Of a stretch of DNA of 64,000 nt, positions 29,114-38,570 are shown piece by piece. A program made the position numbers and the translations under genes. The notes under the pieces were generated by a model that saw only the letters and a program-made list of their open reading frames with translations, ran no database searches and was not told where the DNA came from. Positions within the stretch are counted from its first letter, which is position 1. Each line of letters starts with the position of its first letter. The stretch is from contig CAVTQK010000015.1 of the NCBI GenBank assembly GCA_963736855.1, forward strand, positions 352,001-416,000, given 5' to 3'. Source of the stretch: an uncultured delta proteobacterium (GTDB lineage Bacteria > Desulfobacterota > Desulfobacteria > Desulfobacterales > UBA2156).

Positions 29114-29794
29114 ATGAAAGCATTCAAAGATCAGATTGCCAAACTTCTCGAAAGCGATCCCTTTGAAAACGGGCTTTCCCAAATCCTGAATATGCCTCCG
29201 CGACGGGTGATCAACCCTCTTCTCTCTTTTTTATATAGCACCCGGGAAGAAATCCGATGGCGTACGATTACCGCCATTGGAGCCTTGGTGGCTGACCAGG
29301 CCGACATGGACCTGGAAGGGGCCCGGGTGGTGATGCGCCGACTCATTTGGAATCTCAACGATGAATCCGGCGGAATCGGCTGGGGATCCGCAGAGGCCAT
29401 GGGAGAAATATGCGCCAAAAGCGAACGCCTCGCTTGCGAGTTTGCCAAGATCCTTGTTTCTTATATCGATCCGAAGTGTAACTTTATCGGGAACGAAACC
29501 CTGCAAAGAGGTCTGTTGTGGGGCATCGGCCGAATCGCCCAGGTCCGTCCGGAGCAACTTTCAGGAGTAGCCGTCCTTTTGATTCCATTTTTCAATGCCG
29601 AAGATCCCATCCTTAGGGGGCTTGCCGCCTGGGCGTCTTTTTCGTTGAAAGATCCCCTTCTGGCACCTTATCTTGCCGCATTATCCGAAGATATGTCATC
29701 CATCACCCTTTTCATTAACGCTAAACCGAAAACGATGCGGATCAAAGATCTATCTTTATTAGAGGCAGAAAAAGCAAAGATGTATAATCGCTGA
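29114..29794 (+). CDS. DVU0298-like HEAT/ARM-repeat protein
   Basis: ARVVMRRLIWNLNDESGGIGWGSAEAMGEI signature (recalled). Confidence 0.75.
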   Translation: MKAFKDQIAKLLESDPFENGLSQILNMPPRRVINPLLSFLYSTREEIRWRTITAIGALVADQADMDLEGARVVMRRLIWNLNDESGGIGWGSAEAMGEICAKSERLACEFAKILVSYIDPKCNFIGNETLQRGLLWGIGRIAQVRPEQLSGVAVLLIPFFNAEDPILRGLAAWASFSLKDPLLAPYLAALSEDMSSITLFINAKPKTMRIKDLSLLEAEKAKMYNR

Positions 29795-29800
29795 AGAGTC

Positions 29801-29841
29801 AATTGATAAGAACTATCTATTACACGGACGGACTGAACACG
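29801..29841 (-). repeat. IS91-like element end, copy 1 (left boundary of the island)
   Basis: AATTGATAAGAACTATCTATTACACGGACGGA aligns with AATTGATAAGAACTTGCTTTTACACGGATGGA at 33782. Confidence 0.7.
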
Positions 29842-30238
29842 GGAAAGAGCCTAGTGGCCGCCCTGCGCAGCAAGATCCCGGACCAACTCGACGCCGGGGA
29901 TCAGATTCTGCTGCCGCAGCTCGACCTGACCGATCCCTACCACCGCGCCAAGGCCAAATCCTGAACTTGGACATTCTCTTCCAGAAAGGTAACGATGCCC
30001 ATTCTTCGGGGAAGCGATAAAAGGGCCTCATCCCTCGACAGAACGCTGTGTAACATTGCCCTATTACCATCGCCTTTGACACAAAATAATCCTTTCCATA
30101 TCATCACTTTATACAACTGCAAGTCCTTAGTCGGACGTCTTTTCGGCCATTACTGCCATCGGGATTCGAGGTCGCGGTTTTGGAATGGATTGGAGCCGCG
30201 CTGAGCAGAGGAAAACCAAGCCAAGAAAGGAGGCACGG

Positions 30239-30766
30239 ATGGAACCAGAGAACGGCAAAAGAGGGTGGAATCCCTATGTTGCCGGCGCGCTGACAGGGCT
30301 CCTGCTGGTCTTTTCCGTCTGGTTTACGGGGAAGTACGTAGGGGCATCCACAACCTTCGTCAGGTCCGCCGGTTACATCGAAAGGATCTTTAACGAGGAA
30401 CGGGTGGCCCAGATCGCTTACTTCAAGAAGGAACTCCCAAAGATCGATTGGCAGTTTCTGTTTGTCATCGGCATCTTCTTCGGGGCCCTCGCGGCTTCGA
30501 CAACTTCCCGGTCCTTCCGCTGGCAGGCCGTCCCTTCCCTCTGGGAAGGCCGTTTCGGACCGACTGTCCCGAAGCGGGCCGTGATCGCCTTCATCGGCGG
30601 CGCCGTGGCCATGTTCGGAGCCCGCCTTGCCGATGGGTGACCGAGCGGACACGGACTGAGCGGTTCGCTTCAGTTAGCAGTCAGTGGCTATATCTCTTTG
30701 ATCTGTTTTTTTGTGGGCGGGATTGCAATGGCCCGCAGTCTCTACCGAGGAGGGAATAAATCATGA
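30239..30766 (+). CDS. Probable selenoprotein: YeeE/YedE sulfur-compound transporter half (TGA 30638-30640 read as Sec)
   Basis: AAGGAGG RBS; readthrough gives GARLADG-U-PSGHGLSG, matching the YeeE GCPSGHG motif; the frame runs to a stop overlapping the next ATG (ATGA); hairpin at 30655-30674. Confidence 0.85.
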
Positions 30767-31290
30767 GCGAGCTCGTCTATGGTTTCATAACCGGGATCAT
30801 TTTCGGCTTTCTCCTTCAGAAGGGGCGGGTCATCCGCTATGACAAACAGATTGGCGCCCTGCTCCTCGAGGATATGACCATTGTCAAATTCATGCTGACC
30901 ACGATTCTTGTGGCCATGGTGGGGGTCCACCTGCTTGTGGATCTGGGGTTGGCAAAGCTCTCCCTAAAGCCGACGATCCTCGGGGGGAATGTCATCGGAG
31001 GTCTGATCTTCGGACTCGGTTGGGGCCTTCTCGGTTACTGTCCCGGCACCCAGATGGGCGCCCTTGGCGAGGGGAGATGGGATGCCATCTGGGGAATCAT
31101 TGGCATGATCACCGGAGCGGCGCTTTTCGCCGAGGTTTATCCCGGACTGAAGGCGACGGTTCTGACTTGGGGGGATTACGGCAAAGTGACAATCCCCCAG
31201 CTTCTGGGAATCAACCATTGGCCCGTTATTGCGGTCATGGTCGTGCTGGGTCTACTCCTGTTTAGATGGTTTAAAAAGAAAGGCCTCTAA
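30763..31290 (+). CDS. YeeE/YedE family protein, second half
   Basis: GIIFGFLLQKG, GGLIFGLGWGLLGYCPGT. Confidence 0.9.
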   Translation: MSELVYGFITGIIFGFLLQKGRVIRYDKQIGALLLEDMTIVKFMLTTILVAMVGVHLLVDLGLAKLSLKPTILGGNVIGGLIFGLGWGLLGYCPGTQMGALGEGRWDAIWGIIGMITGAALFAEVYPGLKATVLTWGDYGKVTIPQLLGINHWPVIAVMVVLGLLLFRWFKKKGL

Positions 31291-31320
31291 ATCGGAATAC
31301 GCACACCTATTGTTCAATGC

Positions 31321-31350
31321 GGAACGGCCGGGATGATCCCGGCTGTTTCC
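31321..31350 (+). terminator. Hairpin after the YeeE pair
   Basis: GGAACGGCCGGGAT-G-ATCCCGGCTGTTTCC. Confidence 0.5.
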
Positions 31351-31394
31351 CCGCCTCTCTCGGCCAACTTTCGCTAAGAGCGTTGCCGATACCC

Positions 31395-31622
31395 TATGCC
31401 AAAAAGGTTTGAATGGCGACGGTAGCGCGGGGTACTGCCGTTGAATTTCTTGAGGCCAAACTGAAATAATCCTTCAGGCTTTCCCAACCGCAGTGGCTTA
31501 AGTCGGATTACAGCTTGTGGTCAAACAGAAAATAGCGCCTGAGGATCTTGGGGACACTCATCACCAGATGGAAGTGCAGGACGGCTTTGATGACATTGCC
31601 GCATAGCCATTTGCCGAACTTT
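31395..31622 (-). pseudogene. IS91-family transposase internal remnant
   Basis: Manual translation with a frameshift and a stop: KFGKWLCGNVIKAVLHFHLVMSVP/KILRRYFLFDHKL*SDLSHCGWESLK...AIQTF; homologous to 43443-43500. Confidence 0.8.
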
Positions 31623-31635
31623 GAGTTCCTGGATC

Positions 31636-32403
31636 TCACCGGCTTCCAGGTCGGGTTTCAAGGTCTTTTCCTCCCTGCCCCAAATAGAACCTGACCGGTA
31701 CATTCCTGAACTCCTTTTTACCCATATTCTGAATCTTTGCCGTAACGATAACCTCTTCCCCCAATGAAGGGGTCATGTTATTCACATTCAACTCAGTGAG
31801 CACTAGGTCGGTGGGAGGTTCCGGCGCTCGGGGAGGTTCGATGGGGCGGACGGAAGGTAGCGGCAGAAGAGGTGCCGTCGGCTTCATGGAGGGCTCCTTC
31901 CGGACAACTTCATGATGTTTGATGAAGATCTCCTGACTTCCGGCATTATCGTCCGTCTTGGATTTCTGGATTGCCCCGTCCGGATTGACATGGGCGATTA
32001 CTTTATGCTCTCCCTCGCGGCCTGCAGGGAATGCAAAGCTTGCCGTTCCCGCCTTTCGCCGGCTCAGGGAAATGTTCGAAGTTCCGAGCATCTTCTCTCC
32101 CAAGGAAAACCGCACCCGCACCGGATCAAAAACTTCTATTCCTTCACATGCAACCACAGCGGTAGCCGTGACCTCATCGCCCTGATCAACCCTTGCGCTG
32201 CTGAGGGAAAGACTCTTGAGTATCAGGTTCGGTTTTATCTTCTCGGGTTCCCGCACTTCTTTCCTGGTAGGTATCTCTCCCCGATCCTCCCGACCAGACT
32301 CCGCCTGCCTACCCTCGAACGAACGGCTCCTGCGATCCTGACCAGAAACATAAAAGGGTATACATAAAAGAAAAAGAACTCCGATCAAAATGCCCTTCTT
32401 CAT
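31636..32403 (-). CDS. Exported CARDB (Ig-like) domain protein, second domain apparently truncated by the IS91 remnant
   Basis: Signal peptide; PNLILKSL...VNPDGAI...DDN, a Pro-rich linker, then DLVLTEL...AKIQNMG...VPVRFYL ending next to the transposase remnant. Confidence 0.7.
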   Translation of the reverse strand: MKKGILIGVLFLLCIPFYVSGQDRRSRSFEGRQAESGREDRGEIPTRKEVREPEKIKPNLILKSLSLSSARVDQGDEVTATAVVACEGIEVFDPVRVRFSLGEKMLGTSNISLSRRKAGTASFAFPAGREGEHKVIAHVNPDGAIQKSKTDDNAGSQEIFIKHHEVVRKEPSMKPTAPLLPLPSVRPIEPPRAPEPPTDLVLTELNVNNMTPSLGEEVIVTAKIQNMGKKEFRNVPVRFYLGQGGKDLETRPGSR

Positions 32404-33729
32404 TATGCTCCGTCTCTACTGTTTTGAGCTCTTTTTATGGTTCGACTTCTGGAAATCGCAATGGCGACATATAGTGGAACGAAAATCAGCATGCAAATAA
32501 GCCAAAAGACCGGTCTCATCATGATCCATGAGGCGCCGACAACGGGCATCAACATGATTCTGGCTGCTCTTCGGAGCCCATCGGATTCCGATAGATAAGC
32601 AGCGATTTTCGGGGAGCATGAATAATACAACCGGACAAGGAATCTGCCCGCGCCGCTTTTAGCCAGGATTCGGTCTCGGAATTTCCTGAGGATATCGACC
32701 TGCCAGGCTACGGGAGATCCGTAGGCGGCGGTCGCGATAAAACAGCCGCCGCCACCGTCATCGGAAGGCGGCGATGAAGGGTTGGGACCCACAGCAATAT
32801 CGACAGGACCGTCACCGGCGAAAATGGATGCGATCAGGGAACAAGAATCCGCATCGATGACCGAAATGATATCATCCGATGCATTGGCGACAAATACCGT
32901 CTGGCCGGAAGGGTGGCATGCGACACCGCCGGGGTCTCGTCCCACGGCGACGGTGGAGACAACGGTGTTGGAGGCGCTGTCGATTACAGAAATGGTGTCG
33001 TCATCAGTGTTTGCAACATACACCCTGCTTCCGTCGGGCCTCACAGCCAGGCCGGATGGGTTGCTGCCGACCGTGATAAGGTCCAGACCTGCATTCGCCA
33101 ACGTGTCAATGGGCATCACGGCGTTTAAGTTTCCCGATGCGTAGGCCCGGTTTCCCGAAGGCGAAACAGCGACGCTGACAGGAAATCGCATGCCGATATT
33201 GGCCACCACGGTATTTGTTGCCGTATCGATGGTATGCACGGTCCACAGACGCAGCATGGCAACATAAACCCTTGCCCCGCTGGCATCGGCTGCAATGCCA
33301 TACGGCCAGGAGCCCAGCGTAATTGTTTGCGTCAGCGTATTCGTCGTCGCATCGATCACCGAAATCGTGAAGCTGTTGTTATTGGTCACATAGACCCGGT
33401 TTTGAGAGGAACTGAAGGCGACATCCTGAGGTTCCGGACCGACGGCTATCGTCAGCGATCACGCTGTTTAAGGCCGTATCAATGACGGATACCGTGTCGG
33501 AACCTCTGTTGGCGCAGAAGGCTCTCGAACCATCACCGTTGAGGGCTATCCCCTGGGGTTGGTCGCCGACTGGAATGGATGCGATAACCTGATAGGTGGT
33601 GGAATCCAATACGGTCACACGATCGGAGTTGAAGTTGGCAACATAGATGCGCTCGGCATGCGACTGAGCAGGCACAAGGGGAAGGCATAAAAAAATTGCC
33701 AAACCAATCCAAGAAAATCGTCTGGTCAT
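32403..33729 (-). pseudogene. YVTN/YncE beta-propeller surface protein with CFI-box-CTERM tail; frameshifted near 33453
   Basis: YVAN/YVTN repeats in both ORFs (33379-33729 and 32403-33389); removing 1 nt gives VIA-TIAVGPEPQDVAFSSSQNRVYVTN; C-terminal GGGGCFIATAAYGS. Confidence 0.8.
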
Positions 33730-33781
33730 GGTGCGATTTCTCCTACTGGGTGGTTTTCAGTTTCACTGCCGGGGTATTATT

Positions 33782-34308
33782 AATTGATAAGAACTTGCTT
33801 TTACACGGATGGATTAAGGACGAGGATGGATTGTGTTTTGTCATCATCCGTACCTCAAGATATGGGAACCTTCAGGCAATGTGACGTATATACTATTGAT
33901 TATCCGAAAGGAAATGTGCTGTCAATCGGGATTGTATAGCCAAGATGCCGTTTTCCTGGAGTGTTCGGGCATAGGTCGCCTGTCTGCGTACATTGCACAG
34001 GCAGGCGAGTCAACTTCGGACGGGTTTTTCAGAAATAAGAATCCATGGGGTAAGCCGGGTCGGCGACGTAATCCTCTGTGGAAGGCGCAACGGGGTCATC
34101 ATATGTTGCCGTCTCAATCAGGGTCGGGGCATGGGCGACATGCCTTTCCGGTCGTTTCGGATCCCATAAGTTCAGGTGGTTGAGTATTTTTTTAATCACA
34201 TCCGAATTTTCTATGAACGCGACCACCCGCATTTTTCCCTGGCACTTGGGCCAGGCCAGGGGATTGATCTCATATATTTTTTTTGGATCAGGCGCGACCA
34301 GCTTTTTC
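33782..34308 (-). mobile_element. IS91-like remnant: element end (copy 2), 3' UTR and transposase C-terminus
   Basis: KSWSRLI.../KIYEINPLAWPKCQGKMRVVAFIE...IKKILNHLNLW...MDSYF*, followed by about 250 bp also present at 48720-49023 and partly at 42904-43440. Confidence 0.85.
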
Positions 34309-34647
34309 GAAAACAAAGAGGAGGCCACTTTTGACCTGTCAACTGCCAATCGTTCGGTACGGCTTGCTGTGGATCCCGGGTATGATCTGTTTCGGCGTCT
34401 CGTTCGCGAAGAGATCCAGCCCACAGTGAATTCCATCCGGGGTTCCACTTCGCTTCTAGCCGTAGTCGCCGGAGATCCTTCTACCGATGATCTGAAGACG
34501 GTCAGAACCCTGCTCGCGGGCCTCAGCCATCCAGAAACGCACATTCTCCGCGAAGCAAATACGGTGCCGCAGCAGCTCAAAGCTCACGATATTCTCTACT
34601 TCGCCATAGGCGGGAGAAAAGGCCATCTTCCTGCCCCTTTCATCTGA
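34309..34647 (+). pseudogene. Gene fragment without a start, resembling the C-terminal region of M1-family aminopeptidases
   Basis: VRLAVDPGYDLFRRLVREEIQPTVNSI; begins at the transposase breakpoint. Family assignment is from recollection only. Confidence 0.4.
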
Positions 34648-34796
34648 AGCAGATCAAATGCTTGTTGGCAAGATCCCGCATTGCGGAAATTACAGCCATT
34701 TCATTTTCCGTAACGCACAGAATCTGGTAAAAAGCACTCGGTCAGTCGCCGCATCGCCGACTATATGTAATCTCATTTCAGAGGATCGAGAGAGGG

Positions 34797-35627
34797 CTAG
34801 TGCACTCTGATGTAGGGACTATAAATAATACCGTTTATGAGCAAATAGACGCCAAAGGCCAATGCGGCATATCCAAAGGCAAAGTAGAGTACTTTATACC
34901 AGAGAGCTGGGGCAGGGGCCTCGGCAAGCTCGAGATTCCCCTTTTTTTCTAGTCGCTCCACCCAGGCCGGTTTTTCCTCCATGGCTTCTTTAAGTTTGAC
35001 AGTGCCTGCGAACATCGCCTCATTCAATGGAAAACTGAAGGGTCGAAGATGCCCGACAAAAAAATGAATTATGAAGATGTAAAGAACCGCCAAGATTGCC
35101 TCCGCCTCGTGCAAGAGGCCGGCCACATTGAGTCCCCAGCCAGGCAATATGCGGCTTGTGGCGAGAGGATACATGAGCATGAGCCCGGTGCCTGCCAGCA
35201 GTGGTAAGCCCCAGAAGACCGCCCAGTAATCGAACTTCTCCCAGTAGGCCCAACGGTCCAATTTAGGGGGCGAACCTAATCCAAAAAACCATAGAATTCG
35301 CTGCCATAGATGCCGTGCATCGTGAAAGTTGGGAACCAGAGAGTCCGGCCCCAAAATGCTTTCTCCCAAATTCCGCCAGTCAACCTTGGTGAAGAGGTAT
35401 ACGACATGCACCAGGAAACCGACAATCATCAAGAGACCTACCCGTTGATGGATCAGAAACGAGGAGTCATAACCCCCGAAGACATTGCTGAGTGTCTTGC
35501 CCCAAGAGGTGGTAATGAATAGACGACTGAAACCGGTGGCCGACTGAATCAGAAAGGTTAGCATAAGGAAGAAATGAAACAGCCGATCTATCTTATTAAA
35601 TCGTTTTATATGCATTGTCGACTTCAT
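34797..35627 (-). CDS. Di-heme cytochrome b (FdnI/HydC-like, CbcL membrane-domain type)
   Basis: RLFH, IHQRVG, RWAYWEKFDYWAVFWG and LHEAEAILAVLYIFIIHFF. Confidence 0.88.
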   Translation of the reverse strand: MKSTMHIKRFNKIDRLFHFFLMLTFLIQSATGFSRLFITTSWGKTLSNVFGGYDSSFLIHQRVGLLMIVGFLVHVVYLFTKVDWRNLGESILGPDSLVPNFHDARHLWQRILWFFGLGSPPKLDRWAYWEKFDYWAVFWGLPLLAGTGLMLMYPLATSRILPGWGLNVAGLLHEAEAILAVLYIFIIHFFVGHLRPFSFPLNEAMFAGTVKLKEAMEEKPAWVERLEKKGNLELAEAPAPALWYKVLYFAFGYAALAFGVYLLINGIIYSPYIRVH

Positions 35628-36307
35628 TTCTCAGACTTCCCTTTCTTCCTGAATAGCTCACGCAAGCCCACCAGAACACTATGCGGCACAAAGAAACCCA
35701 GTGTGAAAAGTAATAGCAAGAGCATAAACCAGTAAGTGTAATACAGGAGGGGAAAGCTCTTCTTGGTTCCTGGCGCCCCTGGTGCAGGTTCATGGATAAC
35801 ATAACTGGCGAAAGATGCACCCGCACCCTCATGACACTTGGCGCATACGTACGCATGCTTCCGGATCGGGTTCATGGGTGAATTAAAGTATTGAATGCTG
35901 GCAATGGGTTCCCCCCCATGACACTGCCGGCAGGTTAAGTTGGCACGCACCGTGTGGATGTCTTTCGTCTGCTCGGAATGGCAGGTCTGGCAGGTCTTCT
36001 CCGTGTAAAACGCAATTCCCATGTGAGAGTCGCCAAGGCGCGAGCGGTTCCTCACCTGGGCCGCTGACGGGCTGTAGGGAAACAACCCGACCTGAACGCC
36101 GGGGACCTCGATGAAGGGCCGCTGGCGCCTTGGCCGCACTTCATACTCCTCATAATAGCCCGTGCTGGCCTCCCGGTCCTTATACCGTCGGATCGCGGAA
36201 GCCACCTCCTCCTGGGCGGAGGCCGGGGGCGGCAGGGCAAAGAGTACGCCTGCCGCCACGGTGACCAGCACGATCAAGAGCCTCAGAGTGACTGATGACC
36301 TTGCCAT
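35624..36307 (-). CDS. Membrane-anchored triheme cytochrome c
   Basis: Signal peptide; CQTCH, CRQCH and CAKCH; C-terminal TM helix ending FFVPHS. Confidence 0.85.
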   Translation of the reverse strand: MARSSVTLRLLIVLVTVAAGVLFALPPPASAQEEVASAIRRYKDREASTGYYEEYEVRPRRQRPFIEVPGVQVGLFPYSPSAAQVRNRSRLGDSHMGIAFYTEKTCQTCHSEQTKDIHTVRANLTCRQCHGGEPIASIQYFNSPMNPIRKHAYVCAKCHEGAGASFASYVIHEPAPGAPGTKKSFPLLYYTYWFMLLLLLFTLGFFVPHSVLVGLRELFRKKGKSEK

Positions 36308-36320
36308 CGTGCTCTCCTGT

Positions 36321-37604
36321 TCATTTCTTTGGGGTAGCCAGCTTGTAACCGATTGGCTCGATGGGTTTCCCGACCGGTTTGGGAATTTTTGCCAAGGCCT
36401 CCCACTCTGCCTGCAATTTTTTCAAATCCTCATTCTTGTGCTTGTGGCAGGTCTGGCAGGAGTTGGGCATATCCTTGTTATTGAGCGTCTCCGCGGGCAG
36501 CAGGGTGACAAACACATGGCTGTGCAAGTCACCGGACTCGGCACTGGTTACGATCCGCGGCATGTGGCAGCCTACGCAGTTAGCGAAGGAGTGGATTGAG
36601 TGGGCCATGTTCTGATTGGTTTGGACATGGCACTGAAAACATTGCTTGGAACCCGCTGCCTGGGTCTGGGAGCGGGTCGGCGGTACTCCGATCTGGTGCA
36701 CGTAGTGGCATGACACGCAATTCACGCCTTCCTTGAAATGTTTGGACTGCTTCCAGTCGATGTATTGCTGGTGATGGGCCTTGGAGAACTCGTTGCCGTA
36801 AAGGTGATTTGCGTCGCCGCCGGCGAATGAGGTGGACTTGAAATAGCTTTCCAGTACTCTACCGGGCTCGTAGCCCACGGCCCACTCCGCATCCTTGTAT
36901 TTGGTGGCCTTGCCGCGGTTGTGGCAGGAGCCGCAAATCTCCACGGCCACTCCCGAGGTGAGCTTGGAGGGGTTGACGATGGTCTGCCTCTTTTCGAAAA
37001 CGGCTGTCTTGGGCAGCGCCGCGTGCCAGGACCCTTTCCCATGGCAGGCTTCGCAGCCCACGGCAGGCTCGACGAATTTTTGCTTGTCGAGATCGACGCC
37101 GGTGGCATGGCAACCGCCGCACTTGAGTAGCCAGGGATTTTTATCCCAAGTGGCCTCGTTATAGTTCACCCAGCGATCGGTGTCGGCATTGTATTGAACC
37201 GGGGAGATATATAGCACGCCGCCCTTTTCCACGATGTAACGCTGTTTCCACTGGCTGCCGATGGTATATTTTATGTCTTCGATTTTGGGGATAAAAATTT
37301 GATCGGCCGGGACCTTCAGCTTGTCGCCAAGTTTGGCGAGATCTTCGCGGATTCTCTTCTCGTCGAAATCCGCTATGATCGCGTCCCTGTTTTTCTGGGC
37401 ATCCTGGGTCATGCGGCTGTGGAGTGTCATCATCCAGGAATCGAAGTGCTCCAGGTGGCACATCTTGCAGGTGTCCGACCCGACATAGGCTTTCGGCTGT
37501 GCCATGAGCTGCTTGATGTCAACCGCCTTCTCTCCGCCGCAGGCGGACAGGACCAGGGCCATGACACCGATGGTCAGGACCGCTATCAACGCTCTTGCCT
37601 TCAT
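36321..37604 (-). CDS. Octaheme c-type cytochrome lipoprotein
   Basis: GGAGG RBS; LSA-C lipobox; eight CxxCH motifs (CKMCH, CGGCH, CEACH, CGSCH, CVSCH, CFQCH, CVGCH, CQTCH). Confidence 0.9.
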   Translation of the reverse strand: MKARALIAVLTIGVMALVLSACGGEKAVDIKQLMAQPKAYVGSDTCKMCHLEHFDSWMMTLHSRMTQDAQKNRDAIIADFDEKRIREDLAKLGDKLKVPADQIFIPKIEDIKYTIGSQWKQRYIVEKGGVLYISPVQYNADTDRWVNYNEATWDKNPWLLKCGGCHATGVDLDKQKFVEPAVGCEACHGKGSWHAALPKTAVFEKRQTIVNPSKLTSGVAVEICGSCHNRGKATKYKDAEWAVGYEPGRVLESYFKSTSFAGGDANHLYGNEFSKAHHQQYIDWKQSKHFKEGVNCVSCHYVHQIGVPPTRSQTQAAGSKQCFQCHVQTNQNMAHSIHSFANCVGCHMPRIVTSAESGDLHSHVFVTLLPAETLNNKDMPNSCQTCHKHKNEDLKKLQAEWEALAKIPKPVGKPIEPIGYKLATPKK

Positions 37605-38030
37605 TTCGACCTCCGTGAGTTGGGTTTGGGTGTGATCACACTTCTGAGCAGGCACATGAACTCGTCTGGGTCTACCGGCCTCCCCGGGCAGGCGCAAATT
37701 TGACGCTTGAGGGACTCTTCCAGGTTCAAAAGCAAAGGTTCACAGGCCAAGGCGATGATCGTGAGCGGGTGCTCGATCTTGAGCTCGCGCAGTGCGGTGT
37801 GGATGAACTGTTTCGCATACAGATCGCTGACGAGAAATCACTTTTCGACAATTTTAACCTATCACATGGTGTGGAACTTTGTCAATGGTTTTTGTTTCGA
37901 CATGGCAATCATAGAGATCATTCGCCTGTAAGACACGATTCATCCTTGGTTCGGGGCATGACCTCATTCTTTATGCCAGTATCTCGAGGACTGCTGGTCT
38001 TGCATGAAAACGTTAAGTCCAGGTTTAGGG

Positions 38031-38186
38031 TTATGGTGTTTCATCACTATTACCCGGCATATACCAGTCACCCCCGAACGTGTTGATGAGGGCCACCGCG
38101 ACAACCAATCGCTGGCCGTGAAGGCGGATCCCGGTGCGCTCAGTCCCCAGCACTGTATTCTGCGCCGTCGCCACTTCAAGATGGGC
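38031..38186 (-). pseudogene. C-terminal fragment of an OprM/NodT-type outer membrane factor
   Basis: Manual translation AHLEVATAQNTVLGTERTGIRLHGQRLVVAVALINTFGGDW resembles the ...VALIKALGGGW end of OMF proteins. Confidence 0.55.
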
Positions 38187-38419
38187 ATCGGGGGCCAGCA
38201 GGGAAGATTTACTTTGCTGAGGACCTCACATCGACGCTTCACCACTATTTTGTGTGGAAAACGTTGAAAAAGCTGCTCAGGCAGTCTTGCCGGTTTGTGC
38301 GGTGGACTTAACATCAATGCAGTGCAATCAAAACTTGACTATGGTACACTTCTTCAAATCGATGCCCCATGCAGGCCAGCCAGAACATACGCAACGCTCC
38401 TATACCTTTAGGCAAATTG

Positions 38420-38500
38420 AATTGATAAGAAGTCGCTTTTTTGCGGGTGGATAAAGCAAGAGCATGAAGTGTGTTTTACCATCGTCTGGACCCCAAGATC
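38420..38500 (-). repeat. IS91-like element end, copy 3
   Basis: AATTGATAAGAAGTCGCTTTTTTGCGGGTGGATAAAGCAAGAGCATGAAGTGTGTTTTACCATCGTCTG is nearly identical to 42904 and 46195. Confidence 0.85.
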
Positions 38501-38570
38501 TGAGCATTTCAAATCCTGAGATTGGCAGCGGATATACGGAATCTGCCACTGCTGTGGGTGCTGACTTCTG

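Noticed and set aside
34029..34647. ORF-track entries 34029-34580 (-) and 34078-34647 (+) as real genes
   Set aside because: Both are chimeras crossing the junction between the transposase remnant and an unrelated fragment.
37600..37830. Open minus-strand stretch upstream of the octaheme gene, vaguely like a receiver domain (VSDLYAKQFIH...RPVDPDEFMCLLR)
   Set aside because: No start codon or clear motif; too weak to call without a search.
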